A stretch of DNA of 50,509 bases, the filler included, from Sphacelaria rigidula (lineage: Eukaryota): NCBI GenBank assembly GCA_964200075.2. It is 2 parts of 2 records of this genome, joined end to end, with 100 filler letters (N's around TTAATTAATTAA, not from the genome) between each part and the next. Parts side by side here need not be neighbours in the genome. Positions count along the whole stretch, not along the records: positions 1 to 25,208 come from CAXNAA020000173.1; 1 more part is not named here. One strand, written 5' to 3'. The notes below the pieces were generated by a model that saw only the letters and a list, made by a program, of their open reading frames with translations, ran no database searches and was not told the DNA's origin. This document shows, one piece after another, positions 1 through 13,346 of this stretch. How positions within the stretch are numbered: the first letter of the stretch is position 1; each line of letters opens with the position of its first letter. The position numbers were made by a program, and so were the translations under genes.

Positions 1-127
1 GGTCAGCCCCTGCAGGTGCCACGCCCCTGACTACAACCATAACACTAACCCTGACCCTAACCCTAACCATGGGGATGTTCAAATTCCGATGCGGTCCTCT
101 AAGCACGTTGTCCTCTCACGCATTACA
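1..127. mobile_element. Partial copy (cut by window edge) of a short TGT...ACA TIR element with telomere-like core
   Basis: 1-127 is a diverged inverted copy of 23414-23540. It ends in the TIR GCGGTCCTCTAAGCACG..TCCTCTCACGCATTACA and contains CCCTGACCCTAACCCTAA. Confidence 0.75.
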
Positions 128-511
128 TTACTGTGGTACAGTCCACAGTGCAGTACAGACAGTAAAGGAGAGTACAGCCAGTCTACGGGCAAATAGACAC
201 AGACTGCGGACAAATAGACTCTGGCACCGCGATTCATGCAGTAGTGCAAACAAGATTATCAGTGATGGTGACCGTACAACCACTGGCCGGAGGCCATTGC
301 TAGCCCGTGTTCGACTAGGGTGAGTTATTGCGCGTCAAAGAGTGGAAGGCAAACCACTGACGGTCTCGTTTGTTTCGAAGCATACAGGACAAGACATCGC
401 AAGATCCTGTCTACCTTCCGCTCTAATTCGCAACTATAATGCAAACGATCATGATTTTTCTCCATGGTACAGCCACGTCAAGGTAGCTCGAATCACACAA
501 GTAGATGCGGC

Positions 512-757
512 TTAAAACACACACGTCAAGATGGCTTGAATCACCCTTGTCTGTATAGAAGAACCACCCAAGGTGGCTTGAATCACACGTTCTACCCTAA
601 AGCACAGCGAAGGTAAGGCATACACGCCTTTACGCACCTCGTCTTCAGTAAGTATAGCCCCGTCTTCCACATCGATTGCCTGTTGCGAAGGATCCGGATC
701 CACGGCTTCATTTCCGACTGAAGCACCGCTAGAGCTGCCGCTCCCCGCGGTCGCCAT
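512..757 (-). pseudogene. Possible N-terminal coding remnant inside a hAT-like element (unidentified)
   Basis: ATG at 757 opens MATAGSGSSSGASVGNEAVDPDPSQQAIDVEDGAILTEDEVRKG..., which has protein-like composition and points inward from the TIR at 1619. No recognisable domain. Confidence 0.25.
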
Positions 758-1039
758 GCGGGCGAATTGTGTGGGTGTTTGGTTGTGTGTGCATCTGTGG
801 TCGAGTGTGCGTCTGTGGTTGAGTGTGCGTCTGTGGTTGTGTGTGTATGTGATGGCTACGATCCGGATGACATCTGATGCAACCATGTTGATTGTTGATC
901 TTCGCAAAAAGAAAATCCATCGCCACACGCAATGGGACAAATGTGTGCACATGTAACCGTTGTCACGTACGTACAATATCAACGTGCATGAGCATCGGAA
1001 CAGAAACAACTCCAGGATCGTCGTAGCTCCCGTAGTTCT

Positions 1040-1619
1040 CATAGCTCATCCAGGGTAATTATTCGCAGCTCACCTAGCTCTCATAGCTCATCCAGGGCAA
1101 CCATGTGTAGCTCATGCATCTCTCGTAGCTCATCCGGTGCAAACATGTGTAGCTCATGCAGCTGTCGTAGCTCATCCAGGACAAACATGTGTAGCTCATG
1201 CAGCTCTCATAGCTCATCCGGAACAAACATGCGTAGCTCATGCAGCTCTCATAGCTCACCCACGGCAAATATGAGCTGATGAGCTACGGGTTGATAGCTC
1301 ATCCAGGGGAAACATGCGTAGCTCATGCAGCTCTCATAGCTCACTCAGGACGAGTCTGAGCTGATGAGCTACGGGTTGGTAGCTCATCCAGAGGAAACGT
1401 GCGTAGCTCATACAGCTCTCATAGCCCACTCAGGACGGATATGAGCTGATGAGTTACGGGTTGGTAGCTCATCCAGGGAAAACGTGCGTAGCTCATACAG
1501 CTCTCATAGCTCACCCCAGGGAAAACATGCGTAGCTCATGTAGCTCTTATAGCTCACTAGGGAGCTACGCTGAAAAAGAGCTAGCTCGAGCTATAGGGAG
1601 CTGATCCGTCCGACGTGTG
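1040..1619. mobile_element. Terminus of a hAT-like element: TAGCTCAT-rich ~39-bp subterminal repeat array ending in a TIR
   Basis: Array of TAGCTCAT/ATGAGCT motifs at 1040-1600. CGTCCGACGTGTG at 1607-1619 is the reverse complement of the CACACGTCGGACG terminus of the MITE at 2553. Confidence 0.6.
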
Positions 1620-2552
1620 GAAGCCTCGGATATCCCCACGAAGGATATCAACGAACGCGACATTGTCACAGGGAAAAAAGCCCACACAAGAGTAAAAGTT
1701 GGTCAAATTGGGGCAAATCGAAAACGTCACTCTCAATCAAATGCTAGACTTGATCTCGCGAGATGGTTGTTTGCAGTCTGTCGCAATGCGATGTGCGTAG
1801 TCCGCGGAGGGGGGTGGTGAGAAAAACCGAAGCAGCGACGCATTTGACCCTCCCTCGTCCCGCACCATCTTATTTTGCTAGAGAGCTTCGAATATACTTT
1901 GCTAGTCACATATTTCGTGCTTTTTAATTTTTTTCACACTCCGTCAATCTCGTCGCGTGCTACGATAGCTTGCTCTGAAGAAATGGAGGCCAAGTGTGTA
2001 CATTGGCGTGCAGCCCGAAATCCCGCGATATCCGCTATTTTTTACAAAATCACGGACGCGTCTAAAGACTAATGGAGAAGAAAATCAACAGCCAGCGCGA
2101 CATCAGCAGACCTGACTCAAACGGGCAAATAGCATAAGGGAATGTACTCCGCCAATATAACTACTCCTCTAATGGCATACCACGCAGAGGGAAGGATCGC
2201 CGACGGGAAAAAATGGGTAGTCGATTCAATGTACAGTTTGTTTCGAAGGTGGTGCCATTCATCGAATACCAGTCCATTTGCTATTGCTTTCCACCTCACA
2301 CCTCACCTGCGTCTGGTGGTAGATTTGTATTTTGTCGGGGAGCGATGCCTGATCAATCACCTCACTCCTTCCGTGCAGTTCAATCGCCATATCCACGGCT
2401 TCTCACAAAAGAAAAAAATCGTGAAAAGAAAATGACAATGTGGGATGGCTTGTCCCGTCCTATCGTTTTACAGGGAGAGGGCTCTCCGTCACGACCCGAC
2501 ACACTTCCATTTTTTTTATGTCCCGTCGTTTTCCGGAGGGAAGGAAAACGTT

Positions 2553-3261
2553 CACACGTCGGACGAGCACGAGTATGACTCGTGGCACTCGCACTCGTTG
2601 GGCTGCTTGTTGGCCCTGAAAATTATTAGGGCCAGTACTCGAGTCATAGCTCGTTGTGGAAAAAATTGACAGGGCGAGCACTCGAGTCATTGCTCGTTGT
2701 GGGAAACATTCATAGAGCGAGTACTCGAGTCATTGCTCGTGGTGGAGAAGTAATGACTCGAGCACACGAGTCATTGCTCGTGATGAACGACCTGTGTGGA
2801 GGAGTCAGCACTCACACGCGCAAACAATGATAATGAGCTCTGCGACGATCTTGAAGGTATAATCCTCGAGTTCAAAACCATATCTGCACATGTACAATCG
2901 TCAAGCTCCAAAGCTCGTCTTCATATTATCCAAGCACCCCCCCGTTGCCCACACACACAGAGGTGAAAGTTCCACGAAAGCGGCGGAGAGTATATCTCGA
3001 GTAGTACATTTACACGATGAGCACTCGCGTCATTGTACGCTGTGGGAAAATGAGTGTGGGAAAATGAATGATTCGAGCACACGAGTCAGTGTTCCTTGTA
3101 AAAACAATCAATGACTCAAGCACACGAGTCGTTGCTCGTTGTTAAAAAGAGTAATGACTCGAGCACACGATGACTCGAGCACATTAGGCATGCTCGTTGT
3201 GTTTTCAGGAAACATCCACGAGTGCCCTGGTTTCGACGAGTAGTGACTCGTCCAACGTGTA
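2553..3261. mobile_element. Non-autonomous hAT-like MITE (~710 bp)
   Basis: TIRs CACACGTCGGACGAG / CTCGTCCAACGTGTA. 8-bp flanking duplication AAAACGTT (2545-2552) / AAAACGTG (3262-3269). Internal GAGCAC(A/T)CGAGTCATTGCTCGT repeats. Confidence 0.75.
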
Positions 3262-5380
3262 AAAACGTGCCCGTTCCATTCCTGCCAAGCACGTTGTACT
3301 TTTTGTTTTTGCATGTTCATTCTCCGTTCTCCTCACTGCCTTGCTGGATGTCATCGCTGGATCTCTCGGCTAGTGTTTCGGTTCCCGTTTAATTTTTTCA
3401 CTTGCTATACGCGTACCACTTTTGATGGGGCCAGGTGTGCACAGCGTCGGCGGCGTGGTCCGCACGAAGAGGCGACAGGCGGGTTATACGACCTCGGAAT
3501 GACTAGCTCTCCGTGACGATTTTTGGTGAGTTGGGTTTGACGACGGTTAAGAAGGGAAAAAAATGCGTGAACGTTGGTAGACACCGACCAATCGTGTTGA
3601 TCTTGTATGCGTGTTCGTGACTCGGGAAGGTTTGTACAAAATGAGCCATTCTGATTTTCCTTGCCCAGAGTCAAAGTGCACGCACCGAGACTCATCAGTG
3701 TGTCCTGGAATCCCGTCAGATGGTGGAACATATCATTCCCAGATCGAATAAGTCGTCCGGCCGTCTGCTCAGGCGCAGAGCGTTGGCGAAGGGTAAAAAT
3801 AGGCACTTTTGATCGGTTTGCACTTTCGGCCCCACACGACGTCGCCCTTGGATTCTTCTCCTCTCCTGTTTGTATCTTCTGCTCCGTACTAGTCGGCTCT
3901 GCTCTGGCTTTGCTCTTCCGTGAGTCGTCGACATCTCCTTTCTTGCCCCCTGTTTCTTTCTTTCTCTCTTCCGTTCTATCTTTTGCGTTTTATCTTTCCC
4001 TGGTAGCAGCTGCGCCTATCGATGCCTTTTTTTTCTCTCGTAGGTGTGTATCTTACTGCTCTTCCCCGGTGATTCAGTGGTTGATTACTGCTGTGGCGCT
4101 GCTTAGAGTTTTCCCGTCCGAGCTCATCTGTTGATCGTGTGTTTCTTGCAGAGGGGAGAAAGCTGCTTAGAGGTTTCCCGTGCGAGCTCGTGTGTTGGTG
4201 TGTTTTTTTCAGAGGGGAAACACCCCAGCCTGCAGCTCGCTTCTGCAGTGAGCTACTCTCTACCGGAGAAGTAATGCTTCTTTGCGTGGTTACCCCGGAA
4301 CGGTACCTTTCGACCGCGGGTCTGAACAACCTGGCTAATGAGATGGAGAGATGAAAAAAAAGGACACCTCTTCACGTTCTAATGGGATTTCCCGTCAAAC
4401 AACCAGGAAATCCGTCCAATCTCGCGAGGAGTTACAGATAACGTCAACGGTTTTCCGAACCTGTACCTGACTTGATACAGTGTACTGTTATACCCGTGAA
4501 TGAGGCCCGATTTCGGGCACTATATATCGGGAAAATATATAGACCAACACACAGTTGAATGCTGAAAAAATGGAAGCTAAATGAGCCAATCAGTATCAAT
4601 CACAAGTACACGCGTCACTCGAAATGACGACCACGCTCTTACAAAGTCTACTTTTACTATGGTGTATTCTACAACAAACCCGTAACTGACGTTGCTGTAC
4701 ACCTGTACACAGGGTTACAACACGAGTATAGACGCTGCTGCCCGTGTTGTTGTTGTGCCCCCCTTGTTGCGGTATGCTGTTGTGCCTATCTTTCAATGCG
4801 GCTCACTCGGCAACTAAGCAGAGGATTGGACTACCGATTGATGCGTGCGCTTCCCACACACTGGATTTAGCGGCTACACGGCAGTTTTGTTCCTTTTCGA
4901 TTTTATGGGGGCTATGTTTTAAAGGTCAGGCGCCAAGAAAACCCGTACCTCGCTTGTCATGACGCCGAAACTTGGAGGATGTGATGACTGGTACTACAGC
5001 AAGGTGTCGGAGCTGCAGCCGTGGCCGCACTAGGCGCGGATAACCCGATCTGCACTGAAACGGTATATACCATTCTCATCGGATTCTTTGTTTTTTCACC
5101 ACCTCCTGTCTGATGACGAATATAGTGTGTACAGTTTCGGTCAGGCTCGCAGACCGCATGGATCCGTCAGGCCTCATTGTCCATCTTCGCCCAGTGAGTG
5201 ATGAACGCTCGCAGAAAACCAGAAAATAAACAGCAGCTAGGCCCCTCCATACATGTGAGGGTCTAGGCTGAACGTTTTCCAGTTCGAAAAGCTCGACACG
5301 TCGAGGTGAAGCCTATCTCACGCGACCGCTGCGTTCTGCCGTGGACCCTGCCCCACGTACTCGATAAGTGGGCAACATTT

Positions 5381-6470
5381 CCGTACAGACAGTAGCAATG
5401 CTAGCGGATACATGATCTTGACAGTCTGGCAGCCGGCGAGGTAGTTATGGTAGTGTCCTTCTAGCGATGTCAACTTACAGTGCACTGTTGCAGAGTTCAC
5501 AGGTGAATATTTCAGCGATTGCTTCACCTGCAGTTCGCCCACATGTAGTGGATTTTCCCAACATGTCACCGTGCCAGATTATATGTGAAAATGTATCAGA
5601 TCCTGCGTCATATGTCGAAATGTCCCAGACCCTGGCCGAAGATTCTGCAGTCAGTACGAACACGGTGCTAGAAGTGTACTGCGTACAGTATTCCAATTTC
5701 ACAAGGTGAAGTTGGTTTCTGCTGTGAGTAAAAAATCCACTTCGTGGTTTTTTGCGACTTCGTTTTTGCGTCAAGATTCTGGCGACCTGATCATTGCGAT
5801 CGGATCCTTGCGATAGTTTTTTGCTAAATTTTTCCACTCTAAAACCCCTATCGATTTGGGTTTTCGCGGATGACTTCGTCAAACAGACACCAAACGCATC
5901 CTGCTCCAAGGGGCACCTGGACACACAGCACTTGCCGCTGTCTACTTGGTATGATCCTCCATATCGAAGTCTTGAGTGAGAACCCCTAGAGTTACGGTTG
6001 GGGTCAGGGTTAGGGCCAGGGTTTGGTGCCCATGAACATGAAGGATGATCTTCATCTAGTATCATGCTCCAAAACGTACCTGACAAGGGCGCAACGCCCC
6101 CGTACAGACAGTAGTAATGCTAGCGGATCTGACGTCCTGACAGTCTGTGACAGCCTGGCAGCCGGCAAGGTGGTTGTGGTGGTGTCCTGCTAGCGACGTC
6201 AACTTACATTGCACTGGAGCAGAGTTTGCAGGTGAGTATTTCGGCGATTGCGCCTCACCTGCAGTTCGCCCACATGTCGTGGATTTTGTCTCGATTCTAC
6301 CGAGTAACATTATTACATACATGTACAGGTGGAAACATACCAGACTCTCCGTCACATTATAGGTCGAGATGTACCAGACCCTGCGTTATGTATGAAAATG
6401 CACCCAACCATGCACAGAAGATTTCTACAGTCATTACGAACGCGATGTTGGAAGTGCAATGCATACAGTG
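5381..6470 (+). repeat. Diverged direct duplication (5381-5692 vs ~6100-6470) separated by ~400 bp carrying telomere-like repeats
   Basis: Shared blocks CGTACAGACAGTAG.AATGCTAGCGGAT, CAACTTACA.TGCACTG and CACCTGCAGTTCGCCCACATGT. The spacer has GGGTCAGGGTTAGGGCCAGGG near 6000. Confidence 0.7.
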
Positions 6471-6475
6471 TTTTG

Positions 6476-9400
6476 TGTGTATTGTCCCATCTATTCTGGA
6501 CGCCGATCTCCACCTTTCGGTATATGTGGGCGCACCAGCCGCGGCTGTGTTATCATTCAGCTTCGCCCAAGATACAGGCAGCCGTTAGAGCGGCGGAGGC
6601 GGCCTTTCACTCCTGCGTGCGCCACCTGGCGCAAACGCACGCTGTAGCTGCAACACGTACAGCTTTACCAAATTTGACGTAGCGATATACTGCAGCGCGT
6701 GGCGTGATATCCTGCGTACACGTTTGCCGCAGATACAAGCTGGTGCATTCATGATGTGGCAAACTGCGTAGGACAACGCGAAATCAATGTAGCACAGGAA
6801 TAGGCTAAGGATGTCACGTCCTGCGGTGTGCTTTGTCACCCTGCACCCTACCGCTGTGCAGTGAGCAGGTAGTACCGCCGAATGCGTCACGATGCGGTTG
6901 GTATACGGTAGTGTCGGCTCCACACTCGTAGGATAACCTCTGCATTGAATTAAATAAAACGCATTGAATTAAATTACAATGACGGGGAGCGTTATGTTCG
7001 AGCAGCACGCGCGCTAGCGTTTTCTGTGTTGTCGACATCGTGCCAGCGCGCTTGTGTACTAAAGCGCTGTACTCCCCTGTGGTAGCCCGTCACGGTAGTG
7101 CTCTTCACGTTTCATCACGCTTTATTCGAAAACGCGCAGAAGAGATACCAGCGAGTCCATCGTTGTTGCAATTGGATTGTGGTGAACCAGTTGTTTTTCG
7201 ATAGAACCCCCGCATGCTGCGTGTTGTACCAAATAGTATACCATACCAGTTCAAAAACGGATATGCATTATGTATACGCCACCGACATGCTCTGGTCATC
7301 ACAAACTGTGTACGAGGCGCGGAAAGCGTAGTTTTTGTCAAGGAAAATACGAGCACAACCATACTGCACTACAGGCAGTATGAAACACGTAATTCGAACG
7401 AGACACAAGACGAAACATTTATTTACATTTGTGATGAATACCTGGGCGTTTTGACACTGAAACGAGTCCACTAGTCTCTTCACTACCTACCATACGAAGA
7501 TGGCAAGGGTTGGACGAATCGGACGTTACTTGATTTTTAGTTTTGATTCGTACCGTACGAATTAATCCTTAGGCTTTGTTTTCAGCGTTGCAACCCAGGT
7601 ACGCGCAGCCCAGACACGTGGAATGGCGCAAACGTTGCGTGGATATCTGGAGCTGTTTGACCAGAGGTCGACTTTTTTCTCTCTTTCGAGCAATCAGGCC
7701 TACGAAGTTGTGGATTTGGTTATTCGAATCGGCGATGATTCGTCCGAACTGTGGAAGATAGATACCACGTTTAAATTACACACAAGAGAGTTTCGGGGGG
7801 AAAAAAATCAGAGGTCAGGGGTAACAGCGAGAAACGACTGGATTGTTTACGCTCGAACCCCAGGTTTGTTTTTATTTCATTTTACCACGTAGGTGTGGAC
7901 CGTGGCCAACGTTTCAGGGTTTTGTATTTCCTGTTCCGAAAGCCACATGGTCAGTGTCATGAGTTCAAAAGGTACAAGTCGCGCCGTGCTTTTCTTCGTT
8001 TGTAATCTGTGCCCATCCATGCGGTGTTACCCATACAGCGCGGGAGAGCCTGTACAGAGTCGTGCTACGATAGGTTAGGTGCATGATTCTAGGTGAAATG
8101 AACTCATAGATGTCTCGCACAATCTGACACACTCGCCGTGCGCTTGTATTTGGGTAAAACGGCGTCAAGCAGTATGGATGAGCGTTATTTATCGGTAACA
8201 CGCCCGTTCTGAAGGTCGTTGCTCCTAAAATCGATTCTAAGTTGAATTTAGTGGAAGCAACCGCACAAAATACCCCCCGTCCTTTCCTAGCATGACTAAG
8301 TTGTTCATGCTGTCCCCGTACCGTGGAATACGCGACAGCAGTATATTCGACTTAAAGGTCGACGAGGGAAGGGGACTGCTGAACCCATTCGCGATATACT
8401 TCAAAGGCAAGCACCGCAGAAGGAAGGTGGAGTGCTGAAAACATACCAAAAAGAAAAAAACTCCTGTGTTGGCCCTCCTCCGTGTGACCCCGGCTGGTGC
8501 GCTCGCATATACCGCAAGGTGTAGACCGGCGTCCGGAATGGATGGGACGACAACTCACTCACACAGTATCGTCAACACAGCCTCCGGATACGAACCCGGC
8601 ACAGTACACAGCGTTCGGCACACAGGCAGTGCACCTCGGCGCCCGCTAGTCATTCACAAGTCCTGCACGTGGTGTGTGGTACAGCACTATAATGTCAAGT
8701 TGAGACAGTGAAGGGTTGTACTGTAGTACTGTTGTTGAACTGTCTGTAGACAGTATTGTATACTTTCTGTAGTAAGTGTTCTGTACCGTACTATTGTCTG
8801 TAGCAAAAGTGTACACATGCCCGTGTGTGGGCGTTTGGATACTTTGAGAAAGTGCAGTAGTTTTCGATAAATATTCATTATACGCAGTAATCTCAGCTGC
8901 GTGGAGGCGGACGGGGGAACAGAGACATCTGTCGACCTGGCTATAGATGACTTGGAAGGACTGGAGTGGGTCACTCACGCAGCCGCTACGAGGGTCTCGA
9001 CAAAATGTCCACATAACGGTGGTGTACCTGCGCGAGCTAACGCAAGCTTCACATTGGGTGGCCATTTTTGTCAAGTCCTCGTAGCAGCTGCTTGAGCGGC
9101 CGACTCCCGCCCTTTCGCATCATCATAAGCCAGGTCAACTGATGTCTCGGCTCCTCCGTTCGCCTCCAAGTGTTCCTCGTAGTCTAGGGTCACCCTCGTG
9201 AACGACCTGCCATCTCCAGCGCTGTCGCAGGCGTTCACGGCATCCGCCATCGCCTCACTTACGATATTTGTCCTACGTCAGCCTACGGCTGTGTTCTGTA
9301 ACCTTGGTCGTTATGGGGAAGGGTTCCTAGTTCCGTTTCATAACCCTGAGTGTGGCACCAACTCTTTGGGGTGATTAGCAACTCAGGGTTTATTTGGAAA

Positions 9401-10166
9401 ATTGAAAATCAATCCTGAGTTGCTGCGCATGTCTCTTCTCAGGGTTCAGTTTTAAGGGTTTACCTAGGTGAAATCGTCACATCCTGGCCTTAAATCCCAG
9501 CCTCTGAACCCTGACCCTGAGTGTTTCCGGCCGGTTTTGTGTTTCCGAAGCTCTCTGATAAGTCACGGGCAGACCTTATTACTTGAGTGTGGAAGGGCCC
9601 AGCCAAGACCATTCCGGTTTCACCGCCGAAATCTGAGACGGCAACGTCACGAACACCGTAATAAATTGAAATTGGAAGTGCCCTAGACACAGGGCAATCT
9701 ATAGAATATATCGCCCACTATAATTTGTGTGATACTCGTACCTCAAGTCGATAACTGCAACGCTACACTTCGAGACAACAACAGTGTGTAAAATTCTCCG
9801 GGGTATGAAATGCCACACGCGACTCGCGCCATAGCGGCTGTGTTACCATACAGATCCGCCCAAGATACATGCAGCCATGACAACAGCAGAGGCGGCCTTT
9901 CACTCCTGAGTGCGCAGCCTGGGGCAAACGCACGCTGTAGCTGCAACACGGAGAGATTTACAAAATATTACCCCGCGTACACGTTGACCGCAGATACGAG
10001 CGACTGCGTGCATGATGTGGCGAACTGCATAGGACAGTGCGAAATCAATGCAGCACAGGGATGGGCTAAGGATGTGACGTTCTGTGGTGTGCTTTGTCAC
10101 CCTGCACCCTGCCGCTGTGCAGTGAGCAGATACTGCCGCCGAAGACTTAACGCCGCGGTTGGTACG
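6476..10166. repeat. Dispersed repeat fragments: 6540-6905 ~ 9834-10166 (direct); 6476-6545 ~ 8490-8555 (inverted)
   Basis: Shared GGCGGCCTTTCACTCCTG, GCAAACGCACGCTGTAGCTGCAACACG and GGTGTGCTTTGTCACCCTGCACCCT. The ORF track shows matching peptides (LQLQRAFAPG; PI[HY]SGRRS). Confidence 0.7.
8902..9168. repeat. Imperfect ~110-bp inverted repeat (foldback) with ~45-nt loop
   Basis: Arm 8902-9012 (TGGAGGCGGACGGGGGAACAGAGACATCTGTCGACCTGGCT...) aligns to the reverse complement of 9058-9168 (TGGAGGCGAACGGAGGAGCCGAGACATCAGTTGACCTGGCT...). Confidence 0.8.
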
Positions 10167-10499
10167 CAGTGTCGAACACGTCGCAGCAAACAGCATATTT
10201 CATGTACAACAGACGAGGATATGTGTTTCAACACCGATGCGCACAGAGTGGGACCCGCATCTAGAGAACCATGCCCCACCTCGTTTTAGTGGATACATGA
10301 ATCGTTTCAGCAAAAAACGCCTGCGACATGTGCTGTAACGAATGTCATGCATCATGCAGCTTTCTCCCATATGCGGCACCGCCCGTGCAGCGAGCTGTTG
10401 CAGCTAACAGTGCCCAAGTCTCTTCCCACGATGACCTCCTGTCTGAGCTCGAGATAATTGAACTGCGGGACATGACTTCAACTAGTAGAACGTACACCT

Positions 10500-13043
10500 C
10501 ACCGTGATTAAAGCTTCCATGTTATCGGAAAGGAACAACACTGACGGATGTCTTTCCGGAACGCGCACTGCAGCGGCTTCAGCAATTTGAAAAACGCTGC
10601 ACCGAACCCAAAATATACTTGAAAACGCGTTTCCTTCAACGCCTTGGGGCTTTTCGGATCTGCTGTAGCGAACTGGTCAATTGGGCTCCTATAGTCCGTA
10701 GGTTCAGTGTGTGTGCGGGCGGGTGTGAGGTGCCACAGGCCGGTTTGCTTCCTGGGTCGAGAACGAGGCGATGAAAAAATACAGCTGTCGCATACTAAGC
10801 CAAGATGGCTTGGATTCTGTCCAGCAAAAGATCAGCAGAGGTTAGGCACAGGTCCGACAGTCCATGACATCTTCATTACTCCTCCGCGTTTCTTTTTTTG
10901 TCTTTTCCTCATGGATTTCTGGTCGCTAGGGCCTTCATCCACGGGCATAATTGTGCAAAAACGTCATTTGCGGTATACAACATGAATTGACTGAGCAACA
11001 TACTGGCTCAAAGGCGAGTTGGTAAATATTGAGCGAACAACCTGTGAACCGTTCTAGGAATGTAATTTGTATCGGTCGTACATACAGCCGGCCACGTATG
11101 ACTTGGAGGTTTGTTATTCGCACAGCATGTTCCTTTGGGAGATGCACCAACGCATATCTTCTGTGGAAGACATTTTATGTCGCACAAGCGCAACATGTAT
11201 TGACCGCGCAAATTGTTTCACGCCCGAAGTGGGCACTATGTTGCCGGCTCAATAGGTTGTGCGTGGGTTAGTGCCTGAAAAGTCGGACGTAAATGAGAGC
11301 AGTATGTATTAAGGGCGTGTGATATACGGGTGGGCCCATAGGCAGTATGTGTTATGGGCGTGGGATATATGGGTGGGCCCATAGGTGCAACATTTTCCGA
11401 CGGGAAATTGAGGTCTTGTGTTGGATGTAACCTATCGAAACACCTCCAAAGTATTTTTCGCGATACGTTCTCAGCATGTACTGTAGCTATCCTATATCGA
11501 CGCCCCCCGGTGTGCACCATGTAAGGACAATATAATAATACTCTTTCTTTGGTTTGTGCTCGATGTACCGATCAATCGATATATCCGGAGCCGAGGGGGG
11601 AATGCATGTTGAAGCGTGCTGCTCGGTTCCAGTCCATACCAAACGATCAGAGACCACCACGACCACATATAGTGGGGTATCCCAATCGCATAGTTTGTTG
11701 TGTGATTTATCGTGACACACACGGGCGGCGGTGCATATGGTGCATTCCCCTTCACATGTGAAGCCAACTTCATTCGCAAACTCGGCATCAACTGTCGAGG
11801 CACACTACGCAGGAACTTCAAGTAAATTGGGCAGTCCATAAGGGCTTCGTCGAGGATCGTGGATTTGTTGAACATCGATGATGTAGCCATCCATTCGTCA
11901 TGAGCTGTCTTCCGGAAATCATCGAGATTATTATGTACCGGTGTTGAGGCGGGACCTGAGCTTTTATAAACTGCAACCACCGCGAAATGCATGTCTTCAA
12001 GCATGGGCTTCACCGCTCAAGCCATACCGTGACTTTGCGACTTCCATACAGAATAGACAGTCAGCAATCGGTAGACACCGATACCTTCTACTCCTTCAGC
12101 GAGTAAACCTCGGTAGTTTTTTTTTTCTCTATTCCGGAGTTTATTGTTCACCCCCCCGTCTCGTGTCTCCTGGTTGCGTTGAGTCTGAGTTTCCTGAGTT
12201 GGTCCAGCATTCAGCAAGGCACTGACTTTCGGTTCTCGCATGAAGGGGCAGAAAGTTCAGCGTTTGTTGCTCTTGTTCTCATCACCAGTCGCTTCAACCG
12301 CCTTCCCTCCAGTATGTCGTCTTTCTGAGCTATCGCTTGGAAGATGGGTCAGTATTGACCGAGAATAAAGCAGGATTCCGTACATTTTCGGTAGGACTCC
12401 CGACTCACTCATGGAAAGATCAACTTGGGTTGTTCACTCATGTGTTTCGTGTAGTTCCACGTGCTTGTTCTATAATTTCCCGCACTCGTTCGTTACATGC
12501 ATGCCATGAGTGTTGCAGAAACTGAAGGTTTGTAGCCGTCACTCTCCGAGGAACCTGCCTGCCTTATGAGGGCTGGAGTCCTTGTCCGCTTGTGCCAATA
12601 CGCACAACTTTAGCGGCAGCACGTGCCGATGCAGAAATTGGCGGGATTGTACTTATGACCAGGACGGTAACTCCTCTTAATCATGCCACTTCATCCGCGC
12701 AAATGGCTGAAGTAGAGTGAAGGAAGTTTTCTGAGGGAGAGACATTTGTGATATAACAACATTCGAATTTTGCAGAACTTTTTGCATGACACAACTGACG
12801 GCGACAGAGGGTGGGCTACGAATTTCTTGTGGAGTCTCGATATTTTCCAACTTTCAACAAAATGTATACACGTTTGTTGGTGTTTTTCGCAATCAATACC
12901 ATCCCATACTGGTGGTTTTCGGCCATAGTGTATGACACGTGTTTGCGTCGCTTCTTTGCATGGGCGGCGCAATCCAATGAAGAAGCTAGTGGTCGAATGA
13001 TGTAGGATTTTACAAAGCTCTCCATCGGAGGAATCGGCAGCAC
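10500..13043 (-). pseudogene. Decayed minus-strand coding region of unknown origin (transposon- or virus-derived?)
   Basis: Several protein-like fragments on the minus strand (11492-12013 MKPMLEDMHFAVVAVYK..., 12816-13043 MESFVKSYIIRPL...) broken by stops and frameshifts. No family recognised. Confidence 0.3.
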
Positions 13044-13346
13044 TACGTTATGTATTGGAAATGGCGACAGTGCGAAGACCTACCCGATCTTCACATAATA
13101 ATGGCCCACACAAGGTATGAGCCGCCCGTACTTACCATTTTTCCTCGAAGTACTGAATGCTTCTTTTTGACAAACACGTGACAATATTTGACCCAGTTTT
13201 TGAATCTGGTAAATAATCTCAGGCAGCATCGGGAAGGACAGCCTGCCCCTCTTCGGCATTCGACAGTGGGACTGCTACAAGCCACCGAAATTTTGTGCGC
13301 TAGAGCCTCTCGTTTTGCCGACGTAGCGGCGATGCTAGCTTGGCAG

